This document shows positions 51,267 through 60,835 of a stretch of 64,000 bases of DNA, piece by piece. The notes under the pieces are model-generated. The model ran no database searches and was not told the origin of the DNA. It saw nothing but the letters and a program-made list of their open reading frames with translations. Source of the DNA: Bacteriovoracaceae bacterium (GTDB taxonomy: Bacteria > Bdellovibrionota > Bacteriovoracia > Bacteriovoracales > Bacteriovoracaceae); assembly GCA_965217035.1 (NCBI GenBank), contig OZ244226.1, forward strand, positions 1,160,146-1,224,145, read 5' to 3'. Position numbers and translations under genes: made by a program. Numbering within the stretch: the first letter of the stretch is position 1; each line of letters starts with the position of its first letter.

Positions 51267-51435
51267 AAGCTTCACTCATTATTCAATATTTTCCGTGAGT
51301 TCTTTACTCACAATTTTGATAATTTTCTAAGTACGGGAGACATTACCACATGCATTATTTTAATCAATGGATAGCTGGTAACTCTATAAAATTTAAATGG
51401 TTTTGATTTTTTACTCGGAAAAGCTTGTATTTTAA
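51267..51435 (-). promoter_or_regulatory. repeat A copy 2: conserved promoter/leader
   Basis: Minus-strand TTGATT-16-(TG)TAATGT and palindrome GTGAGT-tcttt-ACTCAC; near-identical to 53284-53445. Confidence 0.75.
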
Positions 51436-51457
51436 TTAGATGTTTTTATGAGTAATG

Positions 51458-51955
51458 GTGCACATTAGTCGGAGAGTTTGGAACTGAGATTTTTAATCAA
51501 AAGTGCCAAGATGCCAGAATTATTGATGAATTTTTTGATGATCGAATTTAGCGCATAGACGGAAAGGAGGTCTTCATTGAACTGTATTCAGAAACTCGAT
51601 AGTTTTCCTGAACAAAAATGAACGAAAGGCTTTAAATCACTTATAATCCCTTCTTGTTTTTATGAGGAGAGATTATTGAAAATTACATCACAAGAAGAAT
51701 ATTAAAAATAAAAAGAATTAAGAGAGCTTCAAGCCTTAGTTCAAAGGCCTTTACCAGAAAACCTTGATGAAATTGGAATGGACTACTTCATAGAAGATGA
51801 ATTCGCTGAGCTTTTTGGTTTTATCGATTATCTTTTTTCGATCAAAAACAGAATCAAAACCGAGGAAATGGTCAGACTTAAAGAGGAGAAGAGATTCTCT
51901 TTTGAGATGAGAAAAGAGCAGTTAAACTCAGATTTATCGTTCATCAACAAATGAC
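51458..51955 (+). repeat. repeat B copy 2 (longest pseudogene remnant)
   Basis: The first ~320 bp match 48018-48331; the 3' part is homologous at protein level to 44050-44225. Confidence 0.85.
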
Positions 51956-51985
51956 TTTCAAGACATGCTTTTAAAGACAGAAAGT

Positions 51986-52020
51986 AAAAAAGCCGAGATG
52001 TTTTGTTTCTCAGCTTTTTT
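51986..52020. terminator. module terminator copy 2
   Basis: AAAAAAGCCGAGA-tgttttgtt-TCTCAGCTTTTTT. Confidence 0.8.
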
Positions 52021-52067
52021 ATAAATTGTTTGTTATTCGATAATAGTGCTGGTTATTTAACTAGAGT

Positions 52068-52520
52068 TTATTCCAAAAAAGCTTTTAAAAAAGACAGAAT
52101 ATCATTCGTACTTTCTGATTCATTAACCATCAGGCTGTCCAAATTACTCTTCATTACTACAACTTTTTCCCCTTCGTGAACAACAGAGATATCAACATAT
52201 TCCTCCCCTAGAGCACCTTGGTGACTCTCTTCTTTAATTTTTCCTTGTGACAACTCTTCAATATAGGAGATGAGTATCTCTTTTTCACTATCAGAAAGAC
52301 TGTCCTTAAGATTCCAGTTTGTTCTAGGAGGGCAGCAAGTTCTTTTTCCAATAAACACTTCACCGCTTGTGTTTATCTTTAAATATTCAGCTGTTATTTG
52401 ATTCCCTTTATAGTAATTAAGCATCAGTGCTTCCTGTGCGAAACTCGATGCCGATCCAATCAAAATGATTAACGTTACTAATAACTTTCTCACAATTATT
52501 TCTCCTATTTTAATGATCAT
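52068..52520 (-). CDS. secreted hypothetical protein
   Basis: Probable GTG start near 52493 after AGGAG; signal peptide ending SFA; RTCCPP motif. Confidence 0.7.
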   Translation of the reverse strand: MIIKIGEIIVRKLLVTLIILIGSASSFAQEALMLNYYKGNQITAEYLKINTSGEVFIGKRTCCPPRTNWNLKDSLSDSEKEILISYIEELSQGKIKEESHQGALGEEYVDISVVHEGEKVVVMKSNLDSLMVNESESTNDILSFLKAFLE

Positions 52521-52671
52521 AAACTAAATATTTTTCTTACGGCTTTCGCCTTCTATTCCTGTACTTTTATGTTCTTGCTCGAAAAACTCTGTTTTTAAAA
52601 CCAGGCTTATTCGACTTTTTACTTCTTCTTTTTAAAGTCCCAGCTCTTCCGAGCAAGGACTGATTATTTCT

Positions 52672-53286
52672 CTAGAACCAAAAACCCGTATTCAAATAGT
52701 ACTCAGGGTTATTTCTACCATAAATATTATGTAACTGTTCTAGCTCAGAATATCTCCCTGCAAAAATGGGATGTAAATCATTTATGATAGTGTCAATATT
52801 ATTCTTATCTATTAAAAATTGCGTATATGAAGGATCAATAATAAGGTCATCTCCGTCTGGGTAATAGTTATCAACAACGATAAAAACGTGATAGAAATTT
52901 AGCCACATATCCTTAGTTCGTACGGTATAAAAGTCTATGTTTGGAAATTTTTCTCTAAGCATTCCAAATAAAGCAGTACTGGCAAGACTACAGATTCTAC
53001 TTGATAGGATATATTCTTTATTATCACAAATAGAAGGGTTATCTCCAAGCAAGTTCACTATAGGAACAGGTGCTTTAACTTGTATATTTCCTATGTGAGT
53101 ACACAATTCTTTTAGTAACAGCTCTTTTGTTTCAGAGCTATACAAAAGATTTAATAAGCTGTCTTGAGTTTCAATATTTGATATAGATTGAGAGTTTGGA
53201 GCAGCAAAAGAAAAACTCGAAAGACTTCCGACAATGATTATTCCTAAAATGAATGTCTTCATCATAATTTCCTTTGAGTTATCCAC
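52672..53286 (-). CDS. secreted transglutaminase/papain-like Cys-His-Asp protein
   Basis: Signal peptide (probable start MMKTF); CSLAS...HVFIV...IIDPSYTQF. Confidence 0.7.
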   Translation of the reverse strand: MDNSKEIMMKTFILGIIIVGSLSSFSFAAPNSQSISNIETQDSLLNLLYSSETKELLLKELCTHIGNIQVKAPVPIVNLLGDNPSICDNKEYILSSRICSLASTALFGMLREKFPNIDFYTVRTKDMWLNFYHVFIVVDNYYPDGDDLIIDPSYTQFLIDKNNIDTIINDLHPIFAGRYSELEQLHNIYGRNNPEYYLNTGFWF

Positions 53287-53445
53287 TCGTTAATCAAATA
53301 TTTTCCGTGAGTTCTTCACTCACAATTCTGATAGTTTTCTAAGTACGGGAGACATACCACATGCATTATTTTAATCAATGGATAGCTGGTAACTCTATAA
53401 AATTTAAATGGTTTCGATTTTTTGCTCGGAAAAGCTTGTTTTTAA
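53284..53445 (-). promoter_or_regulatory. repeat A copy 3: conserved promoter/leader, ending at ISL3 left end
   Basis: GTGAGT-tcttc-ACTCAC palindrome; near-identical to copy 2. Confidence 0.75.
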
Positions 53446-53446
53446 C

Positions 53447-54782
53447 GGTCTTCACACTTCAAGGTGTACTCGCCGCATCAATTCTAAATAAGCAGGCATA
53501 AGAAATTCAACCGGTTAGAATTTTAATACCACTCAAAATTTTAACTGGAGAACACTTATGCCCAACTCAAAACTTACTCAATTTCTTCTGTTACCGAAAC
53601 TAAAATTAGTAAGATTCGCTCAATTCAAGAAAGAAATCATCTTTATTTGTGAGTCCAAGAGCAAATCTCTATGGTGCCCTCACTGTGGACTAGAATGCTC
53701 AAAAGTTCATGATCGAAGGACTGTTATCATTAAAGATGCTCCCTATGTCGGAAAAGTTAAAATTCTCAAAATCAAAAAGAAGCGATTTAGATGCTGTGGA
53801 TGTAAAAAAGTAACTACTGAAACTATCCCAGGGATTAGTAAACATGCTCGAATTACTGAGCGCCTGCAACGAAACCTTCTCTACATTTGCGATAAATTTG
53901 CCAACATGAAAGCTGCCAGGAAGCATCTTAAACTTGGTAATAAAACGATCTATGAAAGACATTACAGACAACTAGAACTTGAATGGAGAAAAAAGAAAAA
54001 CAATCCATGGCCACGAAGTATTGGAATCGATGAGCATAGCTTCATACGTAATAAACAGTACAGTAGACGAGAGTTTGTCACTTTGATTGTCGATCACAAT
54101 AACAAAAAAGCTAAAGAGTTAATTCCCACCAGAACATCATTGCAGTTAAAGCAAGCTCTCGCTTATATCCCTGGAAGAGAAAACGTCAGAAACATTACCA
54201 TGGATCTCTCAACAACTTACCGCAGTTTTGCCAGAGACTTTTTTCCAAGAGCGAGAATTATAGCCGATAAGTTCCACGTTATTAGACTTCCTAATCGTAT
54301 TCTTGATCTTTATCGAAACAAAGAATTTAAAAGTAAAAAATTAAAGCTTAGAAAGTTTTTGCTCATGGACTCCAAGAAGATGGATTACTGGACTAGAATA
54401 CAGTTCCAAAAAGAGCTAAAAAAGTACCCAGAACTTAATGAGATTTACTGGGTGAAAGAATCGATTCATAAGTTTTATGGTTGTAAAGGAGTTAAGCGTG
54501 CAAGAAAGAGTCTGCAAAACCTCACAGACTCTCTTGCCCTTAGTTCAATTCCTGAGCTTAAAAAGCTCAGAAGAACGCTCATGAACTGGCGTGAAGAGAT
54601 TCTTAACTACTTTGAAAATCGCTTGACCAATGCTAGAACCGAGGGGTTTAACAATGTCTGCAAGCAGCTGCAGAGGCGTGCTTACGGATATAAGAGCTTT
54701 ATAAACTACCGGTTAAAAGTTCTTTATGCCTGTTCTTAAGGGATTGAGTGCGGTGTGTTCCACCATGAAGTGTGTAGAGTCC
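53447..54782 (+). mobile_element. ISL3-family insertion sequence
   Basis: Imperfect terminal IRs GGTCTTCACACTTCAAGGTG..CCGCA and TGCGG..CACCATGAAGTGTGTAGAGTCC; no target duplication visible. Confidence 0.85.
53558..54739 (+). CDS. ISL3-family transposase
   Basis: CPHCG...RFRC..C zinc finger, GIDE, MDLS..Y, ADKFHV, TNARTEGFN, AYGY. Confidence 0.95.
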   Translation: MPNSKLTQFLLLPKLKLVRFAQFKKEIIFICESKSKSLWCPHCGLECSKVHDRRTVIIKDAPYVGKVKILKIKKKRFRCCGCKKVTTETIPGISKHARITERLQRNLLYICDKFANMKAARKHLKLGNKTIYERHYRQLELEWRKKKNNPWPRSIGIDEHSFIRNKQYSRREFVTLIVDHNNKKAKELIPTRTSLQLKQALAYIPGRENVRNITMDLSTTYRSFARDFFPRARIIADKFHVIRLPNRILDLYRNKEFKSKKLKLRKFLLMDSKKMDYWTRIQFQKELKKYPELNEIYWVKESIHKFYGCKGVKRARKSLQNLTDSLALSSIPELKKLRRTLMNWREEILNYFENRLTNARTEGFNNVCKQLQRRAYGYKSFINYRLKVLYACS

Positions 54783-54797
54783 ATGCTTTATGAACGA

Positions 54798-54880
54798 TGG
54801 TGCCGTAGGAGGGACTTGAACCCCCACGCGTTAGCACTAGATCCTAAGTCTAGCGTGTCTACCAATTCCACCACTACGGC
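54798..54880 (-). tRNA. tRNA-Leu (TAG)
   Basis: GCCGTAGTGGTGGAATTGGTAGACACGCTAGACTTAGGATCTAGTGCTAACGCGTGGGGGTTCAAGTCCCTCCTACGGCACCA; long variable arm. Confidence 0.97.
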
Positions 54881-54931
54881 ATAGAAGAATATTATTTTTA
54901 ACGCTAAGGTCTGGAAATGACAAGAGAGGAT

Positions 54932-57900
54932 TTATGCCGCATTGCGTTTTTTTAGTTTTTCGATTTCTTGAACGAGTTGTTGTTTTTCTGCCTCAAGCGC
55001 TCTAGCCTTGGTTTTGAGCTGATTCACCTCTTGCCTTGAATTCTCAAGCTGGATTGTTGTTTTTTTGAAATCTTCCCCTCTTTGCTTAAAAGACTCTTCG
55101 AGGCGTTCATGTTGCTGCCTCGAAACTGAGTCGACAGGGGATCCATGATTTTTACTTCCACCTTGCTTCTCAAGGGCCTTAAGCTTTCTCATAAAATTAT
55201 CTCTATCTCTCTCAACAGCATGCAATCTCTTCTTAAGGTCAAGGACCTTATTATTAGCTGCAATTAATTTATCTCTATTTTCAATAACGCCTTTACCTGT
55301 CGTGCTTGTTCCTTCTACTTCTCCAGTTTGAGGATTTATTTTCTTTCCCGTTGCCGCTAATAATTTCTGTTCATTTTTTTTCATATTGGAAATTGAACGC
55401 TCATACTCTTTAAGTTTTTGCATTGTCTGCTGCTCATGAAATTCGTAGTTTTTAATTTTTCCTTGTAGTCCCTTACCAAGAGTCAAAGATTGCTTAAGTT
55501 GATCTTGAACTTTTTGAAGCTTTAATTCCATTGCTCGAACTTTTCCAGGATCAACTTGCTTATCCGCTGACGCATTGGTCTCTTTTTCTTTTAAAATTTT
55601 CTCATATTTAGATTGAACGATTTCAAATTTCGATTTTATATTATTATTGTTGGCGTTAAGAGTATAGTTTTGCTTTTCGAGATCCTTGATTCGGGTCATA
55701 TTCTGCCCGTTACTCGTCATCAATTCATTTTGAACTCGGTCAAGACTTCTCTTAAGTGATTTGATTTCATTTTGATTAGTATTTGCAACTCGAATAAGGC
55801 CCGACTTTGCTTTGTCAGCAATATTTTGAGCAGCTTGAGATTTTCTTAAAGCCTTATCCAGCTCCTTGTTATAGAAAGATTGCTGTCTTCTGTTATCGGC
55901 TTCCATTTGTTTAATCATTTTTTCTGCTTTTAAGAGGTCTTCGTTTAACTTCATTGCCTTCGCTAAGAGTTGCTGGATTTTCTTCTGGTCTCCGAAGTTA
56001 TCTTTATTTTTAGCTTCTTTATTAAATTCTTGAAACCGAGATTCATCAACTTTCTCAGTCTGTTTAGAATCAATTTCTAATTCTTGAAATTCTTTTTCCT
56101 TTCTTAACGCATGATCTTTTAAACGAATTGTTTCTTTTAACTTTTCAATTTCTTCTCTTAATTGAACAATTCTTTTCTTGTCATTTTCATTCGTTCGTTT
56201 ATAGAAATCTTTTTCTTTATTTAATTTTTCATTTGCCGTTTTAAGAAGAACGTCCTCTCCTCCAAGTTGGTCTTCTTCACTTAAAAGTAGATCAGATAAA
56301 GCTTCAATCGCTTCATCACCAGGATCTTTTGCTTCTTTCACTTGAAGACTTACAACCTCGCTAATCTCTTCTTTTACATCACCTAAAGATTTTACATGCC
56401 AATCCTCTGAAAGTTCCTTGAGTTTTGGTTTCATGTCGTTAATATTTTTACTTTCTGAAGCTTTTTGAACCTTCTCAAGAAAAGAGAATACTTTCTGTTC
56501 AAGCTCTGTCTCTGGAAAATCTTCTCTTGATAAATATTGCGAAAGTCCTTTGACTAGCCAGTGGTCTTTTCCCTCCTCATCGCTATTAAAATTAAAAACT
56601 CGCATAATCGTATCTTCAAGGTCATTTGCTTTCCCTTTTACGCGAACTATTTCCTCTTCAAGATGTTCCGCCGAAATTTCACCAACTAATTTATCCACAT
56701 TCGATTCTAGAGTTTCTTTAGCAACTAAATAAGGTTCTTCCTCTTCCAGAAATCCTTTTACCCTCGTTAGAAAATCTTCCTCATTCGTTTGACTGAAAAA
56801 TTCTAAAAAATTTTTATCATCGAGCAATCCATTTTTCTTCTGTAAGAGCTGACCCGGTTTTGAGAGTTCTTTAAGTAAGAAAATAATTTTTTCACAATCC
56901 TCATCTGATAAATTTACAACCTTTTTCTGATCAGGAAATCCTTCAAGAACATGCTTTAAGCTATCAACAGTCAAATCTCTCAAGAACTGAGGTTTAAGAG
57001 TTTTCTTAGTAAATAGAGCAAGTTCTTCTAAAATTTTGCCACTAACCTTAAGATTATTATAATTCAGAGTTTCGCTTTCATCGTAAGGAAGATCTTTTTC
57101 TTTTATCTTTCTTAATCGGCCATAATGTTTTTCTTTATCATAATAAAGAAGTTCAGGGTTATAAGAATTGTTTTCTTCCTCTTTTTGATATTCAGAACGA
57201 TCTAAATCAAAAAGAAAAATAATAGAATTGTGTTTTTTGTCAAATGCCTTATTCCAAAACCCTGTAATTTTAATTGTATTTCTATCGACTTCAATATCCA
57301 AAAGATCACAGGAAGAGGTCATAAGTGTTAAAAGATTTTTTTCACTCGTATTATTATCAATAGGATGAAACATCTTAAAAAAAGATTCTTTCTCTATTCC
57401 TTGATTTCTGAGATTAATTGAAAGAACAAAGTCTTCATCATTTCTTCCAAGATCAATTTCAACCGGAAAGCTTCCTTTCATTTCTTGAGTTAAATAATTA
57501 AAGAAGAGAAGAGTAAGATCAAGAAAAGTTCTAATTTTGACGGGATGAAAATCATTTTCATGAGCCTCAAGATGGATAATATCGGCATAAAATCCAAGTC
57601 TGCTGAAATCAATGACCTTAAAGGTGTTTTGATATTCCAAAAAATTACTTAGAATATAATTCTGATAAATCCCCTTCTTTTTTTTAGCATAATTCGAAAC
57701 CAATGTTTTAATAATTTCATTCTCAAGAAGATCTGTATCAAGGGCAATTTCCCCATTCCCTTTCAAAAAATGAGTATAATTTTTTGGTTCTGATGTTAAG
57801 ATAATAGGCTTTAGAAGATGATCCTCATTAACCTGTTCGAAACTCTCTGCCAAAATGAAGTCACTCGTTTCACCTGCCTCCACTACTTCGCCATTGAAAA

Positions 57901-57970
57901 TTTCAACAATATGTTCAGTCCCTTCATCAGAACTTTTTAGAAGAATAAACTTTCTTCTTTCATCACTCAT
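54932..57970 (-). CDS. large protein with long C-terminal coiled coil
   Basis: 1012 aa; K/E/Q-rich heptads over the last ~450 aa; repeated (R/H)VKG motifs in the middle. Confidence 0.8.
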   Translation of the reverse strand: MSDERRKFILLKSSDEGTEHIVEIFNGEVVEAGETSDFILAESFEQVNEDHLLKPIILTSEPKNYTHFLKGNGEIALDTDLLENEIIKTLVSNYAKKKKGIYQNYILSNFLEYQNTFKVIDFSRLGFYADIIHLEAHENDFHPVKIRTFLDLTLLFFNYLTQEMKGSFPVEIDLGRNDEDFVLSINLRNQGIEKESFFKMFHPIDNNTSEKNLLTLMTSSCDLLDIEVDRNTIKITGFWNKAFDKKHNSIIFLFDLDRSEYQKEEENNSYNPELLYYDKEKHYGRLRKIKEKDLPYDESETLNYNNLKVSGKILEELALFTKKTLKPQFLRDLTVDSLKHVLEGFPDQKKVVNLSDEDCEKIIFLLKELSKPGQLLQKKNGLLDDKNFLEFFSQTNEEDFLTRVKGFLEEEEPYLVAKETLESNVDKLVGEISAEHLEEEIVRVKGKANDLEDTIMRVFNFNSDEEGKDHWLVKGLSQYLSREDFPETELEQKVFSFLEKVQKASESKNINDMKPKLKELSEDWHVKSLGDVKEEISEVVSLQVKEAKDPGDEAIEALSDLLLSEEDQLGGEDVLLKTANEKLNKEKDFYKRTNENDKKRIVQLREEIEKLKETIRLKDHALRKEKEFQELEIDSKQTEKVDESRFQEFNKEAKNKDNFGDQKKIQQLLAKAMKLNEDLLKAEKMIKQMEADNRRQQSFYNKELDKALRKSQAAQNIADKAKSGLIRVANTNQNEIKSLKRSLDRVQNELMTSNGQNMTRIKDLEKQNYTLNANNNNIKSKFEIVQSKYEKILKEKETNASADKQVDPGKVRAMELKLQKVQDQLKQSLTLGKGLQGKIKNYEFHEQQTMQKLKEYERSISNMKKNEQKLLAATGKKINPQTGEVEGTSTTGKGVIENRDKLIAANNKVLDLKKRLHAVERDRDNFMRKLKALEKQGGSKNHGSPVDSVSRQQHERLEESFKQRGEDFKKTTIQLENSRQEVNQLKTKARALEAEKQQLVQEIEKLKKRNAA

Positions 57971-59013
57971 GCCGTTTGTTCTTCCTCTGTCTTATCAAAA
58001 GTTCTATAATACTTCTCTAATCGATCTAGGAATCTAATAAAATATTTCTTCCTTGAATTTCTTTCTAATCTAAGATCTCTTAATCTCAGACCATATTTTT
58101 TATTAGCATCACCTTTATGAAAATGAGTTGTTCGTTTCCCAATAAAAATATCTGAAAAAGCAATTATCACTTCCCAGTCAAAGAAGTCTTTTTGTCCTTT
58201 CGAAAAAAAACCTGTTCCATCTCCCCATTCATGCTGATTAAGAATATTTTCATGAAGTGACCTTATATGAAAAATATTTCCTAAACTTTTTGCAAGCTTA
58301 TAGGACTTCTCAGGATGACTTTTAAACTTATTTAATTCATTTTTACTTCGAAAGCTTAAATACTCAACTCCTGCTTGACTCCGACTTCGCTCTAAATCTC
58401 GAGCATGATTCAATTCAAAAGATAAATTATTATTTAGGCTAATATCGAGCAAAAAGGACATATGATAAATATCTTGCATAAATTCAAAGTCATAATACCC
58501 CATTACAAGACACATAAAACTTGAAAAGAAGGCCAGCTCAGTACAGCGAACATAGTCCTCAGTACTATTTTTAAAAAATGATTCTGTTAGATCTTGAGGA
58601 AAAGAATAGAAAACTTCATGAAAAGAAAGAATTACATCGAGTAGATTACCATCTGTTTCATAGAAACAAATTTCTAAAACTTCTTTAATAATTTCTTGTG
58701 CATGAAACACTCTTTCTTCTTCAAATTTCATTTCTTTCAATTCATTTAAAAGTGAAGTCAGCCTATCTTTTGTAGCACGATCGTAAGCTTCACAAATGTT
58801 TAAAGTTTGAAGTTTTTTCTTCTCTAACCTTTCAATTGTTTCTTTTGTGATTGGATCTCCCGCATGAACAAAGATTACGGGATTAGGCCGTGAACGGAAA
58901 AAGTGAACAATATAGCCTGCACAAATTTTACCAACAGTTAAATCGTTAATCGAAATTTTACGAACTTCTTTTTCCGAATAAGCTAAATCCTTAATTTTAA
59001 AAGTTTTTTCCAA
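57967..59013 (-). CDS. degenerate HD-GYP-like domain protein
   Basis: LLDI (for LHDI), HP..S..L, QHE..DG.GF; ATGA overlap with the coiled-coil gene. Confidence 0.65.
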   Translation of the reverse strand: MEKTFKIKDLAYSEKEVRKISINDLTVGKICAGYIVHFFRSRPNPVIFVHAGDPITKETIERLEKKKLQTLNICEAYDRATKDRLTSLLNELKEMKFEEERVFHAQEIIKEVLEICFYETDGNLLDVILSFHEVFYSFPQDLTESFFKNSTEDYVRCTELAFFSSFMCLVMGYYDFEFMQDIYHMSFLLDISLNNNLSFELNHARDLERSRSQAGVEYLSFRSKNELNKFKSHPEKSYKLAKSLGNIFHIRSLHENILNQHEWGDGTGFFSKGQKDFFDWEVIIAFSDIFIGKRTTHFHKGDANKKYGLRLRDLRLERNSRKKYFIRFLDRLEKYYRTFDKTEEEQTA

Positions 59014-59128
59014 TTTTTATCCCTTGACCTTAAAGGAAACTCTTAAGTTAAGTATCGGAAAATTCGGAGGAAATACTAATTTACTCAGGTTAATTTGATG
59101 ATTCGAAATGCTACTAAGAGCTCAATAA

Positions 59129-60835
59129 TTAGGACTTGGGAATGCCTTTTGGAATGGCATCTAGAAGATTTTTTGTGTAATCCATTTTTGGATTATGATA
59201 GACTTCATCAGCAGTTCCATACTCGACTATTTTACCCTGGTACATAACCCCTACATAATCAGAGATAAAGTTCACAACACTCAGATCATGTGAAATGAAA
59301 ATATAAGTTAAATCCATTTCTTCTTGTAGATCCAAGAGAAGATTTAGCACCTGAGCCTGGACTGAAACATCTAACGCTGATACCGATTCATCACAAATAA
59401 TAAATTCAGGGTTCAAAGCAAGAGCACGCGCGATTGCGATTCTCTGTCTTTGCCCACCGCTAAACATATGCGGATATCGAGAAAGGTGTGATGGTAAGAG
59501 ATCAACCTTATCCATAAGATATTTTGCTTTATCTAATCTTTCCTTCGCGTTAGTTCCTATTCCATGAATTTCCATTGGCTCTGTAAGAATCTGTCCAATC
59601 GTCATTCTTGGGTTTAATGATGAATAAGGATCTTGAAAAATAATCTGTAGTCGCGACCGAATATCACGAAGCTCAGATTTGCTCAAATCGTGAATTTTAG
59701 TATCGCCGTATTCAACCGTACCTGCAGTAGGCTCTTCAAGACGTAAAATCGTTCTTCCAAGTGTCGTTTTTCCACAACCCGACTCTCCAACCAGACCGAG
59801 TGTTTTTCCTTTTCTTAACTCAAAGCTAACATCATCAACCGCTTTAACATAACCAACAGTTGTTCTAAAAAAACCTGCTTTAATTGGAAAGTAAGTTTTT
59901 AAATTATTAACTTTTAAAAGAACTGGGTTCTGTTCTTCATCATGTTCATAATTTTTCTTAAAAGGTTTCATACGATCAGCAGAAACTTTGATCTCATTTC
60001 CACTATCATCCATAAAGTCCGAAACCGTTAAAAGTCTTTTGGGATTACCTTCTAATCCTGGTCGACAAGATAAAAGTCCTTTGGAATAAGGATGTTGAGC
60101 GTTTTCAAAGATGGTTTTAGACTTCCCTTGTTCAACCAGATTACTCTTATACATAACGACAACATCATCTGCAATATCCGCAATGACTGCTAAGTCATGA
60201 GTAATAAAAAGAACACCCATTTTATATTCATCTTGAAGATTTCCAATCAAATCAAGAACTTGTTTTTGAATAGTGACATCTAATGCTGTTGTTGGTTCAT
60301 CACAAATAAGAAGTTTCGGATCACAAGCAATAGCCATTGCGATAACAACTCTTTGCTTCTGGCCCCCCGACATCTCATGAGGATAAGCATGAGCCTTTCT
60401 TTTTGGATCAGGGATCCCGACTTGGTCCATGAGTTTAATAGCTTGGTTCCAAGCGTCTGTTTTGTTCATCCCTTGATGAAGAATCAATGACTCAGCAATT
60501 TGATAACCCACCTTAAAAACAGGATTAAGACTTGTCATTGGTTCCTGAAAGATCATACTAATGTCATTTCCACGAATATGACGAAGCTCTGATTCACTAC
60601 ATTTTAAGAGATCTTGTCCGTTATAAAGAATCTCTCCAGAAATAATTTTTCCCGGAGGTCTTGGAATCAATCCTAGGATCGAATAGGCCGTAACACTCTT
60701 ACCTGAACCAGATTCTCCAACAAGACCAACTGTCTGACCGGGATCAATTGAAAAAGAAGTTCCATTAACCGCTCGAGTAATCCCTTCTTCAGTGTGAAAT
60801 TCTACCGTAAGGTTTTTGACTTCTAACAAACTCAT
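59129..60835 (-). CDS. peptide ABC transporter ATP-binding protein (fused OppD/OppF-type)
   Basis: Two NBDs: GESGSGKS and [12 protein letters not shown] signatures, CDEPT and CDESV. Confidence 0.95.
   Translation of the reverse strand: MSLLEVKNLTVEFHTEEGITRAVNGTSFSIDPGQTVGLVGESGSGKSVTAYSILGLIPRPPGKIISGEILYNGQDLLKCSESELRHIRGNDISMIFQEPMTSLNPVFKVGYQIAESLILHQGMNKTDAWNQAIKLMDQVGIPDPKRKAHAYPHEMSGGQKQRVVIAMAIACDPKLLICDEPTTALDVTIQKQVLDLIGNLQDEYKMGVLFITHDLAVIADIADDVVVMYKSNLVEQGKSKTIFENAQHPYSKGLLSCRPGLEGNPKRLLTVSDFMDDSGNEIKVSADRMKPFKKNYEHDEEQNPVLLKVNNLKTYFPIKAGFFRTTVGYVKAVDDVSFELRKGKTLGLVGESGCGKTTLGRTILRLEEPTAGTVEYGDTKIHDLSKSELRDIRSRLQIIFQDPYSSLNPRMTIGQILTEPMEIHGIGTNAKERLDKAKYLMDKVDLLPSHLSRYPHMFSGGQRQRIAIARALALNPEFIICDESVSALDVSVQAQVLNLLLDLQEEMDLTYIFISHDLSVVNFISDYVGVMYQGKIVEYGTADEVYHNPKMDYTKNLLDAIPKGIPKS

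Noticed and set aside
49740..52660. A third repeat family in cargo spacers (49740-49870, 50560-50730, 52540-52660)
   Set aside because: Minus-strand translations hint at related K/E-rich remnants, but the similarity is too weak to support without an alignment.
39700..54800. Classical integron cassette array
   Set aside because: No tyrosine recombinase and no consistent RYYYAAC/GTTRRRY-bounded attC hairpins were seen; cargo genes have their own promoters and terminators.
54798..54830. att duplication of the tRNA-Leu 3' end bounding the variable region
   Set aside because: No second copy was found by eye in the window, so the left boundary of the region is undefined.
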